Shown one piece after another: positions 1 to 8,186 of a DNA stretch of 52,176 nucleotides. How positions within the stretch are numbered: position 1 is the stretch's first letter; every line of letters begins with the position of its first letter. Source of the DNA: Thermomicrobia bacterium (GTDB lineage Bacteria; Chloroflexota; Chloroflexia; Thermomicrobiales; UBA6265). The notes under the pieces are model-generated. The model searched no databases and was not told the DNA's origin. It saw nothing but the letters and a program-made list of their open reading frames with translations. The position numbers and the translations under genes were made by a program. The stretch spans positions 1-52,176 of the forward strand of contig JBIQLF010000011.1 of the NCBI GenBank assembly GCA_044464585.1, read 5' to 3'.

Positions 1-61
1 GTGAAGATGACGGGTAACCAGCCCGGACGCGATCCACCGCTGCCCAGGCCCGCGCTCTCGT

Positions 62-85
62 CGAACGTGCCGCTCGAGCGCAGTG
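62..85 (+). repeat. short degenerate copy of the dispersed junction-repeat family (copy h)
   Basis: CGAACGTGCCG (62-72) is identical to 32702-32712. TCGAGCGCAGTG (74-85) matches 32744-32755 at 11/12. About 30 nt present in the 32.7 kb copy are missing here. Confidence 0.4.
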
Positions 86-230
86 CAGAACAATAGTTCT
101 CTCTGTGTCACGCAGGAAGCGCAGCGCCGATTCCCGCGGGCGCTCGACCGGGTGTTGGCCGACGGGTCGGTTGCCGACGACCACAGGGGAACGAGCCGAT
201 TCGAAAGATCGCTCCTCGAATGAGCGGGAA

Positions 231-268
231 AGCAAAACGGTCCGCTGTCTGACTTCGACAGCGGACCG
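231..268 (-). terminator. intrinsic terminator downstream of nuoF
   Basis: Perfect 12-bp stem CGGTCCGCTGTC (238-249) / GACAGCGGACCG (257-268) with a 7-nt loop. It is followed on the minus strand by TTTTGCTTTCC and lies about 20 nt after the nuoF stop. Confidence 0.75.
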
Positions 269-288
269 CTTGTTGCCGTCGTCGCCGA

Positions 289-2016
289 TCAGTCGGCGGC
301 GATGGCCTGTACTGTCGCGCTCGCGGAGACCGGGCAGACGCCGCAGGGACAAACACCGTCGATGTGCGCCTGAAATTCCTCAGGGAACTGGTTCATCATG
401 CCAAGCAGCGGCATGGGAGCCACCTGGCCCAACCCGCAGAGGGAGAGTTCGATCACATGTTCGGAGGTGCGCCGCAACAATGGCAGGTCGGTTTGCGAGC
501 CGCGCCCAAAGCGGATGCGGTCGACCACTTCCACCAGAGCAGGGTTGCCGCGGGCGCAGGGCACGCATTTCGAACACGACTCGACGCGGCTGAATGCGGT
601 CATGTAACGGGCGAAATCGACCACGCAGACGGTGTCATCGAACACGACAAAACCACCCGAACCAAGCATTCCGCCCATCGACGTGAGTGAATCGAAATCC
701 ACTGGCACATCGAGTTGATCGTACCGCAGCGGGCCGGCGGAGACACCCCCGGTTTGGATGCCCTTGAACTTGTAACCGTCGCGCATGCCGCCCCAGATCT
801 CATCGACCAGGGTCTTGAAACTGATACCCATCGGCACTTCGACGAGACCCATGGTTTTCACCGGTCCCTGCACCGTCATGAGCTTGGTGCCCTTGCTGCG
901 CTCGGTGCCGATTTGCGCGTACCATTCGCCGCCCTTGACGACGATGTCCCGGATATTGGCCAAGGTTTCGGTGTTGTTGGCGACTGTTGGCCGTTTCCAT
1001 AAGCCTTCCTCGACCGAGCGAGGCGGTTTGGTGCGCGGTTGACCGCGCACGCCCATGACGGAATACATCAGGGCGGAACCTTCGCCGCAGATATAGGCGC
1101 CGCCACCAGTTCGCAATCGGAATGCGACATTCTTGCCCGAGCCGAGAATATTGCGACCGATGAGCCCCATGGCGGTGGCATCCTGGACGGCCTTGCGGAA
1201 CCGCTTGATCGCCATCGGGTGCTCGCCGCCGATGTAGTTGTATCCGCGCTCGGCCCCGACCGCGATACAGGCGATCAGAATCCCTTCGAGCACGCGATGG
1301 GGATCGCCTTCCTGCATCCGGCGATCTTTGTAGACATTCGGTTCGCCTTCGTGGGAATTACAGACGACGTATTTTTCGGCGCCGCGGGATTTGCGCCCGC
1401 TTTCCCATTTGATGCCCGCCGGGAAACCAGCTCCGCCACGGCCCCGCACATTGGCGGTCGTGACTTCCGCGATCACTTCTTCCTGCGACATCTCGAAGAG
1501 GGCTTTGTACAACCCTGCATAGGCGCCCCGGGCAATGGCCTCTTCGAGCGAGTCAGGATCGATGACCCCGACATCCCGCAGCAAATAGCGTTGCTGGTAT
1601 TTGTAGAAGGGAAGACTGTTCAGCGGCTGATGACCATCGTACGCCTCGTCGCCCTCGACGCCGACGATCTTGCTCCGGTGCTTGCCATCGAGAATACCCT
1701 TGGCGTCATTGGGAACCACGTTGGCGTAAACGACCGCGGGTGCGTTCTTGCGCTTTACGCGCACCTGGACATCAGCCCAGTCGGCGCCGTCCTGACCCGT
1801 CTTGCGGACGATCAGGTTCTCCTTTTCGGCCAGTGCCTCGAATGCCTCCAGCACGTTCAGCGCCCCCATGGGGATAGACGAGCTGCCGACACCCACCGAA
1901 ACGACGGTCTTCTCGCCGTTCCAGATCGCATTCCATTTTTCGATCGCCTGCTTGCGGAATTCATCGAATTCCTTCTGCGAGGTCAGACGTGGCAGATTCG
2001 TGGCTTGTTGCGCCAT
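289..2016 (-). CDS. nuoF: NADH dehydrogenase subunit F-like flavoprotein (NuoF/HoxF/FdsB family) with N-terminal thioredoxin-like extension
   Basis: 575-aa ORF with FMN/NADH-site motif GRGGAGFPAGIKWE and a C-terminal 4Fe-4S Cys pattern (ESCSKCVPCARG ... SLCGLG). The first ~130 aa look like a thioredoxin-like ferredoxin fold but lack the Cys ligands (VSVGVGSSSIPMG). Confidence 0.85.
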   Translation of the reverse strand: MAQQATNLPRLTSQKEFDEFRKQAIEKWNAIWNGEKTVVSVGVGSSSIPMGALNVLEAFEALAEKENLIVRKTGQDGADWADVQVRVKRKNAPAVVYANVVPNDAKGILDGKHRSKIVGVEGDEAYDGHQPLNSLPFYKYQQRYLLRDVGVIDPDSLEEAIARGAYAGLYKALFEMSQEEVIAEVTTANVRGRGGAGFPAGIKWESGRKSRGAEKYVVCNSHEGEPNVYKDRRMQEGDPHRVLEGILIACIAVGAERGYNYIGGEHPMAIKRFRKAVQDATAMGLIGRNILGSGKNVAFRLRTGGGAYICGEGSALMYSVMGVRGQPRTKPPRSVEEGLWKRPTVANNTETLANIRDIVVKGGEWYAQIGTERSKGTKLMTVQGPVKTMGLVEVPMGISFKTLVDEIWGGMRDGYKFKGIQTGGVSAGPLRYDQLDVPVDFDSLTSMGGMLGSGGFVVFDDTVCVVDFARYMTAFSRVESCSKCVPCARGNPALVEVVDRIRFGRGSQTDLPLLRRTSEHVIELSLCGLGQVAPMPLLGMMNQFPEEFQAHIDGVCPCGVCPVSASATVQAIAAD

Positions 2017-2020
2017 CGGC

Positions 2021-2551
2021 TCAATTCTCCTCTGCCGACTCGGCGATCACGCGCTGCACCAGCGCATTGAACGACTCTTCGGTCAGGCGTCCATATGCCT
2101 CGTGATCGAGCTCGAGGAATGGCGCCTGGTTGCATGCGCCAAGGCAGCCGTTCACGACCTGAACGGTGAGCTCGCCGCCAGCGGTGGTACCGCCATCCCC
2201 GATTCCGTGATTGTCGGCGAGCTGCTGCACCAATCGCTGGGAGCCACCGACATAGCAGGACATACCATGACATAGGAGCATGAAATGCTTGCCGCGCGGT
2301 TGCGTGCGGAAATCGGCATAGAACGTGAGAAGCGCGTAGATGCGAGTGGCAGTCGTCCCCAACCGTTCGGCCACGATCTCGGCCGCTTCGAACGAAACGT
2401 AACCGAAGCGCGCATTGATCTCCTGCAGTGCGCTCAGGATGAGCTCCTGGCCCTCCTGCCAATCTTCGGGCTCGTAATGAGCCATCAACGTCCGTACGTA
2501 ATCGAGATCGATTCCGTCGCCGGTGGACGGCTCGTGTACTGCTTCTGACAC
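2021..2551 (-). CDS. nuoE: NuoE-like thioredoxin-like [2Fe-2S] ferredoxin subunit
   Basis: Cys pattern CHGMSCYVGG ... VVNGCLGACNQAP typical of NuoE/HoxE, with a 4-nt gap to nuoF. Start placed at GTG 2551 behind RBS GGGAGGGAAGA. The longer track ORF (to 2608) would begin about 6 nt from the predicted TSS, so the start is uncertain. Confidence 0.8.
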   Translation of the reverse strand: MSEAVHEPSTGDGIDLDYVRTLMAHYEPEDWQEGQELILSALQEINARFGYVSFEAAEIVAERLGTTATRIYALLTFYADFRTQPRGKHFMLLCHGMSCYVGGSQRLVQQLADNHGIGDGGTTAGGELTVQVVNGCLGACNQAPFLELDHEAYGRLTEESFNALVQRVIAESAEEN

Positions 2552-2620
2552 TCTTCCCTCCCGGGCAACTCCGCGGGCGACCCGAAATACGCCCCAGCTC
2601 AGGCGCACGGTTCCGGTGCG

Positions 2621-2649
2621 AGTATAGGCACCTACGGAAACGCAGTCAA
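2621..2649 (-). promoter_or_regulatory. sigma-70-type promoter of the nuoEF pair
   Basis: Minus strand reads TTGACT (2649-2644), a 17-nt spacer, then TATACT (2626-2621). Confidence 0.55.
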
Positions 2650-2690
2650 CGAACGATCACCCGGCGGGGAGGCGCGTGCTGCCCGCTGAA

Positions 2691-2723
2691 CAGCCCTCCG
2701 AAATACGGCATTTCGGAGGGCTG
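2691..2723 (-). terminator. hairpin terminator after the zinc-ribbon ORF
   Basis: Perfect 14-bp stem CAGCCCTCCGAAAT (2691-2704) / ATTTCGGAGGGCTG (2710-2723) with a 5-nt loop, about 100 nt downstream of the 2821 stop. The T-run is better on the plus strand (TTTCGGTCTT), so it may act in both directions. Confidence 0.55.
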
Positions 2724-2820
2724 TTTCGGTCTTCGATACCGATGCTCGGAGCAAGCACCGGCGGCGTGCACGCATGGCCCCGCGCCGAGCGAACCCGGCG
2801 GGACAGCCCAGGGGGCTAGC

Positions 2821-3222
2821 TCAGCCCTTGGGCAGATCTGCGAACAACGCGTTGAAATCGCCATCGAACGATTCGAGGAAATCGTGCATCTCGAGCAGGT
2901 CATCGACATCGACCGGTGGGGATTCCTCGCGCTCCGGCATATCGATATCGAGCGATTCGCCATCCATCTCGAATGAGATTTCGATCGTTCCGTCCGATCT
3001 GAACCCCATCAGGGATTCGGGATCGAACGAATTCGATGCTTCGCCGACGACCGCCGCGAAACTGCGCGAATGGCAGTCCTTGCATTGGACGATCATGAGC
3101 CAGACGTCGGACTTGCGGGAAACGACCTCGACATCGTCTTCGACGAACCGGCGGTGGCATACCGAACAACGGTCCATGCGATCGACGACGATGCGGCGTA
3201 TTTGGTGATCTGATGTATCCAT
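2821..3222 (-). CDS. hypothetical protein with a 4-Cys zinc-ribbon N-terminus and strongly acidic C-terminal half
   Basis: 133-aa ORF with CSVC ... CKDC pairs and an acidic tail (ESPPVDVDDLLEMHDFLESFDGDFNALF). It lies 37 nt downstream of the BFN gene on the same strand. No family recognised. Confidence 0.5.
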   Translation of the reverse strand: MDTSDHQIRRIVVDRMDRCSVCHRRFVEDDVEVVSRKSDVWLMIVQCKDCHSRSFAAVVGEASNSFDPESLMGFRSDGTIEISFEMDGESLDIDMPEREESPPVDVDDLLEMHDFLESFDGDFNALFADLPKG

Positions 3223-3259
3223 GGGTATCTAATGCGACTCCCGAACCAACTGGAGAACG

Positions 3260-3814
3260 CTAATTGCCCCGGCCCCGCTCGAGATCGTCGGAATCCAGGG
3301 TGTTGATGAAATCGCGAAAGATAGAGAGTTTTTCATCGTCCGGCCGCGGCTCGCTCCGGTGCTCCGTGGACGAAGCGGAAACCGGCCGCTCCATTTCGAG
3401 TGCCGCATCGTCGTCATCCAGATTCACCCCCGCGCGCTCCATGACGGAATCTTCGACGAAGATCGGAGCACCGCTCCGCACAGCCAGGGCGATGGCATCG
3501 CTCGGGCGCGAATCGAGGTCGATCGTCTGTCCGGCGATTGCCACCACGATACGCGCATAGAAAACATCCATGGAAAGGTCGCTGACAACAACGCGCTGGA
3601 CGACGCCATTCAATTCGGTAAGCAGCGATCGCATCAGATCATAGGGCAACGGGCGAGGAGCCTCGACGCCCTGAAGCTCCATCGCAATCGCATGCGCCTC
3701 GAATTCGCCGATCCAGATCGGCAGATAGCGATCACCCGCGGTTTCTTTGAGCAGAACCACCCGGTTGTTCGTAATGCGGTTGAAGCGAATGCTCTTGACG
3801 ACGGTCTCGATCAT
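3260..3814 (-). CDS. bifunctional nuclease family protein (BFN / DUF151)
   Basis: The N-terminal 130 aa match the family pattern (VVLLKE..GDRYLPIWIG..EA.AIA ... ARPLPYDL ... DSRPSDAIALAVR..APIFV). Confidence 0.75.
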   Translation of the reverse strand: MIETVVKSIRFNRITNNRVVLLKETAGDRYLPIWIGEFEAHAIAMELQGVEAPRPLPYDLMRSLLTELNGVVQRVVVSDLSMDVFYARIVVAIAGQTIDLDSRPSDAIALAVRSGAPIFVEDSVMERAGVNLDDDDAALEMERPVSASSTEHRSEPRPDDEKLSIFRDFINTLDSDDLERGRGN

Positions 3815-3949
3815 GAACAGAAATCCATTGACTGGTGATTGGGAACGGAAGATGAGGTGGCCGAACGAGGCTCATCACGCTCTCCGTCGACGATTCCATT
3901 CTACAACGTCTGGCAAGCGCCAATCGGTTCTCCACCACGCGAAACCGAT

Positions 3950-4741
3950 TCACTGGCCGGTCGTGTCCAGCTCATGATAGTCGGCGGTCGGAACGCGGCC
4001 GATATGGCCGATCGGCCAATAGGTGATCCAGGCCTTGCCCACGATGCTATCGATATCGACCACACCGAAATAGCGGGAGTCGGAACTATGCGCGCGATTG
4101 TCGCCCAGCACGAACACGTGGCCGGGCGGCACCACTACCGGTTCGCATGCCCGCGGCTGGCAATCGGTCGTATCGCCATGGAGATAGGTTTCGTCGAGCT
4201 TCGTTCCATTGACGAACACCGAACCGTCCTCGATTTTCACCGTATCGCCCGGTAAGCCGATGACGCGTTTGATATATGGCTTGTCCGAAGTCACCGGCGG
4301 GTTGAAAACGATCACATCTCCGCGATGGGGTCCATCGAACGGTGTGAATTCCTTGGCCTCGGTGTGATTCACACCCGGTACCCAGTCGATCAACGAATAG
4401 AGATCGTAGGTGTGATAGGCATTCCGGTTGACCAGCAGCATTTCGCCGTTGACCAGGCTGGGCAACATGCTGCTGCCATCCACCCGGAAGTTGAGCACCA
4501 GGGTGCGCACCAGCACGAAGATCAGAATCGCGATCAGCGCTGTTTCGACAATCTCTCGAAGCGCGCTCGTTTGCTTCTTGGCCGGGGTCGACAGGATCAC
4601 CGGTTCGGGGGCGGAAGCGGCGTCGTCGATGGTGCTCTCGGACCAGTAACTGTTGCCGGTCGCGTTCGTCTGGGAATACTCGGAATCGTCGGCTGAATTC
4701 ATTGTGTGTCCATAACCGTGCGCGAATTCGGGCAAGAGCAT
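3950..4741 (-). CDS. lepB: signal peptidase I
   Basis: Motifs GSSMLPSL (catalytic Ser box), RGDVIVF, KRVIGLPGD and GDNRAHSSDSR, plus an N-terminal TM helix. Confidence 0.9.
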   Translation of the reverse strand: MLLPEFAHGYGHTMNSADDSEYSQTNATGNSYWSESTIDDAASAPEPVILSTPAKKQTSALREIVETALIAILIFVLVRTLVLNFRVDGSSMLPSLVNGEMLLVNRNAYHTYDLYSLIDWVPGVNHTEAKEFTPFDGPHRGDVIVFNPPVTSDKPYIKRVIGLPGDTVKIEDGSVFVNGTKLDETYLHGDTTDCQPRACEPVVVPPGHVFVLGDNRAHSSDSRYFGVVDIDSIVGKAWITYWPIGHIGRVPTADYHELDTTGQ

Positions 4742-4835
4742 ACTTCACCGCGCCCTGCCGGTGTTCGCAACCTACGACCGGTTTCGGCTCCTGTACCGAT
4801 CCGCGCCCATGCCGCAAATGGCGATGGCATGAATG

Positions 4836-4870
4836 CAAAACAGCCGGATCGATTGGATCCGGCTGTTTCG
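4836..4870 (-). terminator. intrinsic terminator after tatA
   Basis: Stem CAGCCGGATC (4841-4850) / GATCCGGCTG (4856-4865), extended by the A4840:T4866 pair, with a 5-nt loop. The minus strand continues TTTTG. Confidence 0.7.
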
Positions 4871-4896
4871 ACTCCGATACAGAAGGTGACAGCGAC

Positions 4897-5139
4897 CTAG
4901 ATTTCGTCGGCGCGAACCTGGGCGGCCTCAGCGTTCTTGGAGACGCCAGCGCCACCCGCCGAGGCGGCCGTGGTGGCGGACGAACCGTCGCCCAAGGCGC
5001 CCGGCTCTTCCGATTCCTTCTTGAACTCCTTGATGCTCTTACCCATGGCGCCACCGATTTCTGGCAGCTTGCCAGCGCCGAAAATGATGACGACGATGAT
5101 CAGGACGATGATGAGTTCTTGCCAACCGAGACTTGGCAT
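4897..5139 (-). CDS. tatA: twin-arginine translocase TatA/E family protein
   Basis: 80 aa with a TM helix followed by FGAGKLPEIGGAMGKSIKEFKK. RBS GGAGGAGG lies upstream. Confidence 0.9.
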   Translation of the reverse strand: MPSLGWQELIIVLIIVVIIFGAGKLPEIGGAMGKSIKEFKKESEEPGALGDGSSATTAASAGGAGVSKNAEAAQVRADEI

Positions 5140-5204
5140 TGGTTGAGTCCTCCTCCGGCCACACTACCGGAAAACGTTCGTAAGCTCGTGGGCGAACTGG
5201 CGCG

Positions 5205-5233
5205 AGTATAGTGAGGGTCCGGAAACGAATCAA
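5205..5233 (-). promoter_or_regulatory. sigma-70-type promoter of tatA
   Basis: Minus strand reads TTGATT (5233-5228), a 17-nt spacer, then TATACT (5210-5205). Confidence 0.55.
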
Positions 5234-5351
5234 CTCGCCTTCGGCGCTGACAGCCCTGCCAGTTCGGGTCGCACAGCGAACCATAGTATACTACGCGAGT
5301 TTGGACGATACCTGCCCGTCCGGCATTTCACCAACCACGAACGGAGTCTCG

Positions 5352-5483
5352 ATGAGCCAGCCCGCCGAACCAGTTCGGTTGACCGACGATGATGTCGATT
5401 TTCTCGTATCCGTACTGAGAAGCGCATCCGAACCGATGCCGACCAGAGCCCTGATCGAAGCGCTTCGGAATCGAAAGAGCTGA
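5352..5483 (+). CDS. small hypothetical protein (43 aa), possible winged-helix-like
   Basis: ATG at 5352 is preceded by GGAG at 5-nt spacing, with TATACT at 5287-5292. The sequence MSQPAEPVRLTDDDVDFLVSVLRSASEPMPTRALIEAL resembles small HARE-HTH-type helices, but this is weak. Confidence 0.35.
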   Translation: MSQPAEPVRLTDDDVDFLVSVLRSASEPMPTRALIEALRNRKS

Positions 5484-5556
5484 CTCACGCGTTGCTGAAC
5501 TGTCACATGGAGAGGCAGACCACCTTATTTTCTGCCCTTGATGGAGATTCGAACTA

Positions 5557-7260
5557 ATGGTTACCGTCGCCCCGGAAGCGCGTGTCTTTTCCGGCAATGC
5601 GAACGAGCAGAAGCATGCGGCTGAGCTCTTTCGGTTGCTCCAATCCGCTGGCCGGTTCATGGCGGTGAATGCGCCCATCCGCGTTTCACTGGATGCCGCG
5701 GCCGAATTCCTCGATGGCAAAGGCATCGGGCGGACGGAGTTGCTCGCTGCGATTGCCGCCAATCCCGGGACATTCAGCCTGGATGAATCCGGAGAAACAC
5801 CGGTCATCGTCAGCACTCGGGCGGGCACGCTCGGAGGTGCGCGGGTGGTGGACCGCTCCCACGACTTTGCCCAGCGGATGATGACGCCGGCGCCCAAACG
5901 GGAAATCGCTGATTCCACGCTGCGGCCACGACCGCGTATGGACTCGAACTGGTCGATTTTCGATGTGCAGACGACCGACCTGGATGCCCGCCCGGTGACT
6001 CATACGCCCGCATTTGGTCTGACGGCTCCGGTCGAGGAAGCGATTGCCGAAGAGGCCGAAGCGGAAATCGAGGAAATCGTCGCTGCCGAACCGGCCCGAA
6101 CGATCACGGTGCCGGTTGCGCCAACCCCGACCACCGACGTTTCCGACGCCTCCGACGCCGACCTCGAAGCGGCGCTCATCGAACGGCTCGGCGCCGACGG
6201 TCAGGTCGCGATGTTCGATGGCCAGTGGATGCTGGAAGATCGAGTGCCGCGATTCAGCAAGGGCGAACTCCGCCGTCTCAAGGACTACATCATCGAGCAG
6301 GAGCAACCGCTCACCGATGAAGTCCTCATCCAGGATGTGCTGGATGTCCGTCCGCGATCGACCGATTTCGAGCTGATGCGCTTTGCGCTCAATTATCGTC
6401 TGTCGAAAGAGCACCGCGATTTCGAATTCGTCGGCACCAGCGGTCAGCGGTTCTGGAGTACCTCGGCGCTCGCGCCGATCGGGACCGGACTGCGCAAACC
6501 GAACGAGATCGGTACGGACTACAAGTATCTGTTGGAAGAAGCTCCAGCGGAACCTCACTACCGATCGCGCAAGGAGCTCAATCACGTTCTGACGTTCTAC
6601 GAATTCACCCTCGGTCTGCTTCCCTACGATGGCGAGATGATGGAGCTGCTGGCGCCGCCGGTGACTCCCGGCCAGCGCACGGCGGTGCTGACCTTCGAAT
6701 GCCCGCAGGTCTATACGACCTATCTGGTCGAGCTTCGCTACCCGACGCCGAACCGCGGTGGGTTCATTGTGGGGTTGGACGACTTCTACAAGGAAAATCT
6801 CGTTCCGGGTGCGCTGTTGTCGATCCGCGCCAGTGAGAACGATGGGCATTTCGTCGTCGAATATGCGAACGCCGCCAGTCAGAGTCAGCGATTGCTCGAA
6901 CTGGACGAGCGCAAGCTGCGCTATGTCTTCCGTCCGACGTCCTTCTCCTGCGGAGTCTTCGAGGAAAGCCTCTTGACCGAAGACCTGTGGTCGGGTCTGA
7001 ATGGAGAAAAACCACTCGACGAGAAAACACGCCGGCGTCCGGAGGCGGTCGTTGCCGCGACATTCGAACGACTCGGCAAGCAATTCGAGGGCGGCGGGTA
7101 TACCGGTTCGTTCGCTCAGCTCTTCGCTGGAGTGAATATCGAGCGGCCGTTCTCAGAAACCCTGCTTCGCTCCATTCTGGAGAATGACGATACCGGCGCG
7201 TTCGCCAAGGACCCAGACGGACCAGATGACTACACCTATATTCCCGGATCGCCTGCCTGA
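5557..7260 (+). CDS. hypothetical protein (567 aa), no recognisable family
   Basis: Long ORF with RBS GGAGA upstream, an acidic Ala/Glu linker (EEAIAEEAEAEIEEIVAAE) and a protein-like C-terminal half. Confidence 0.6.
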   Translation: MVTVAPEARVFSGNANEQKHAAELFRLLQSAGRFMAVNAPIRVSLDAAAEFLDGKGIGRTELLAAIAANPGTFSLDESGETPVIVSTRAGTLGGARVVDRSHDFAQRMMTPAPKREIADSTLRPRPRMDSNWSIFDVQTTDLDARPVTHTPAFGLTAPVEEAIAEEAEAEIEEIVAAEPARTITVPVAPTPTTDVSDASDADLEAALIERLGADGQVAMFDGQWMLEDRVPRFSKGELRRLKDYIIEQEQPLTDEVLIQDVLDVRPRSTDFELMRFALNYRLSKEHRDFEFVGTSGQRFWSTSALAPIGTGLRKPNEIGTDYKYLLEEAPAEPHYRSRKELNHVLTFYEFTLGLLPYDGEMMELLAPPVTPGQRTAVLTFECPQVYTTYLVELRYPTPNRGGFIVGLDDFYKENLVPGALLSIRASENDGHFVVEYANAASQSQRLLELDERKLRYVFRPTSFSCGVFEESLLTEDLWSGLNGEKPLDEKTRRRPEAVVAATFERLGKQFEGGGYTGSFAQLFAGVNIERPFSETLLRSILENDDTGAFAKDPDGPDDYTYIPGSPA

Positions 7261-8185
7261 GGCCGGAGCCGGTTCCCTCGCCCCCACGATCGAAGCGATC
7301 GCCGGGGGCGATTTTTCCCGGTCGCGCCTGACCGCGCTTTCGGATCTCGACCGTGCCCGCGCTGGTGTTCTCCGGCGGCACTGGCTGGATATTCCCACCA
7401 CTGAGCGACACGCGCTGCTACTGGCGCTGGCCGAGCTGGCCGGTCAATCGGTCGAATTCAATTTCAATCGCGTTTTCCGCATCGCTTTGACCGATCCCGA
7501 TGCTGTCATCCGGCAGTTGGCGATCGGGGATCTCTGGGAAGACGAGGGCGCCGATCTGGCCGAGATCTTCATCGACCTGGTCGAGCATGATGCTTCGGAC
7601 GATGTGCGCGCCGCCGCCGCGGATGCGCTGTCGACCGCGGCCGATGCCATCGTTGACGGGGAATCGTCGCCCGTCGAGCGGTTGCGGCTGACGGAGCTCT
7701 TTTGCGCCATCGTCGAAGATCTCACCGAGTCGCCACTGGTGCGCCGGCGCGCTCTGGGAGCCGTCGCGGCGTTCGATGACGATCCCAGGATTCCGGCTCT
7801 GATTCGGATCGCGCTCGACGATGACGACCAAGCGCTGGTTGCCGGCGCGATCTTCGCGATGGGCCGGACCGCGCGGGCCGTCTGGATCCCCGAGCTGATC
7901 GAGTTCATGCAAAGTGAGGATGCCGAATTGCGTTTCGAGGCCGCGCGCGCGGCCGGGCTGATTGGAGACGAGGACGCCGTGCCGGAGCTGGCCGAACTCG
8001 TGTACGACCCGGATGCCGAAGTCCGCGCCGCGGCGATCGAAGCCCTGGGGACGATCGGCGGTGCAGCCGCTATCCGGATATTGCGAACCGTCGAATCGGA
8101 CGATGCATTCGAAGAAGGGGACGATGTCGACGACGCGCTCGACGCCGCGCTCCTGACCGTGAACCCGCTCGAACGGCGATCCTGA
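7184..8185 (+). CDS. HEAT / PBS-lyase repeat protein
   Basis: Repeated units of the D..VR.AA..ALG type (DDVRAAAADALS, DAELRFEAARAAGLIGD, DPDAEVRAAAIEALGTIGG). The start is 7184 or 7226, and both overlap the end of the upstream ORF. Confidence 0.7.
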   Translation: MTIPARSPRTQTDQMTTPIFPDRLPEAGAGSLAPTIEAIAGGDFSRSRLTALSDLDRARAGVLRRHWLDIPTTERHALLLALAELAGQSVEFNFNRVFRIALTDPDAVIRQLAIGDLWEDEGADLAEIFIDLVEHDASDDVRAAAADALSTAADAIVDGESSPVERLRLTELFCAIVEDLTESPLVRRRALGAVAAFDDDPRIPALIRIALDDDDQALVAGAIFAMGRTARAVWIPELIEFMQSEDAELRFEAARAAGLIGDEDAVPELAELVYDPDAEVRAAAIEALGTIGGAAAIRILRTVESDDAFEEGDDVDDALDAALLTVNPLERRS

Positions 8186-8186
8186 C

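Noticed and set aside
1-96. Possible 3' end of a plus-strand gene (…NVPLERSAEQ*) or 5' end of a minus-strand gene at the left edge.
   Set aside because: It is too short to judge. GC3 is similar on both strands, and part of it (62-85) belongs to the dispersed repeat family. Left unannotated.
1039-2070. 343-aa plus-strand ORF opposite nuoF. Similar cases are 18825-19991 (opposite fabF), 20470-21579 (opposite rpoD), 28281-29357 (opposite tgt) and 24348-25802 (opposite meaB).
   Set aside because: All are shadow ORFs opposite genes with diagnostic motifs.
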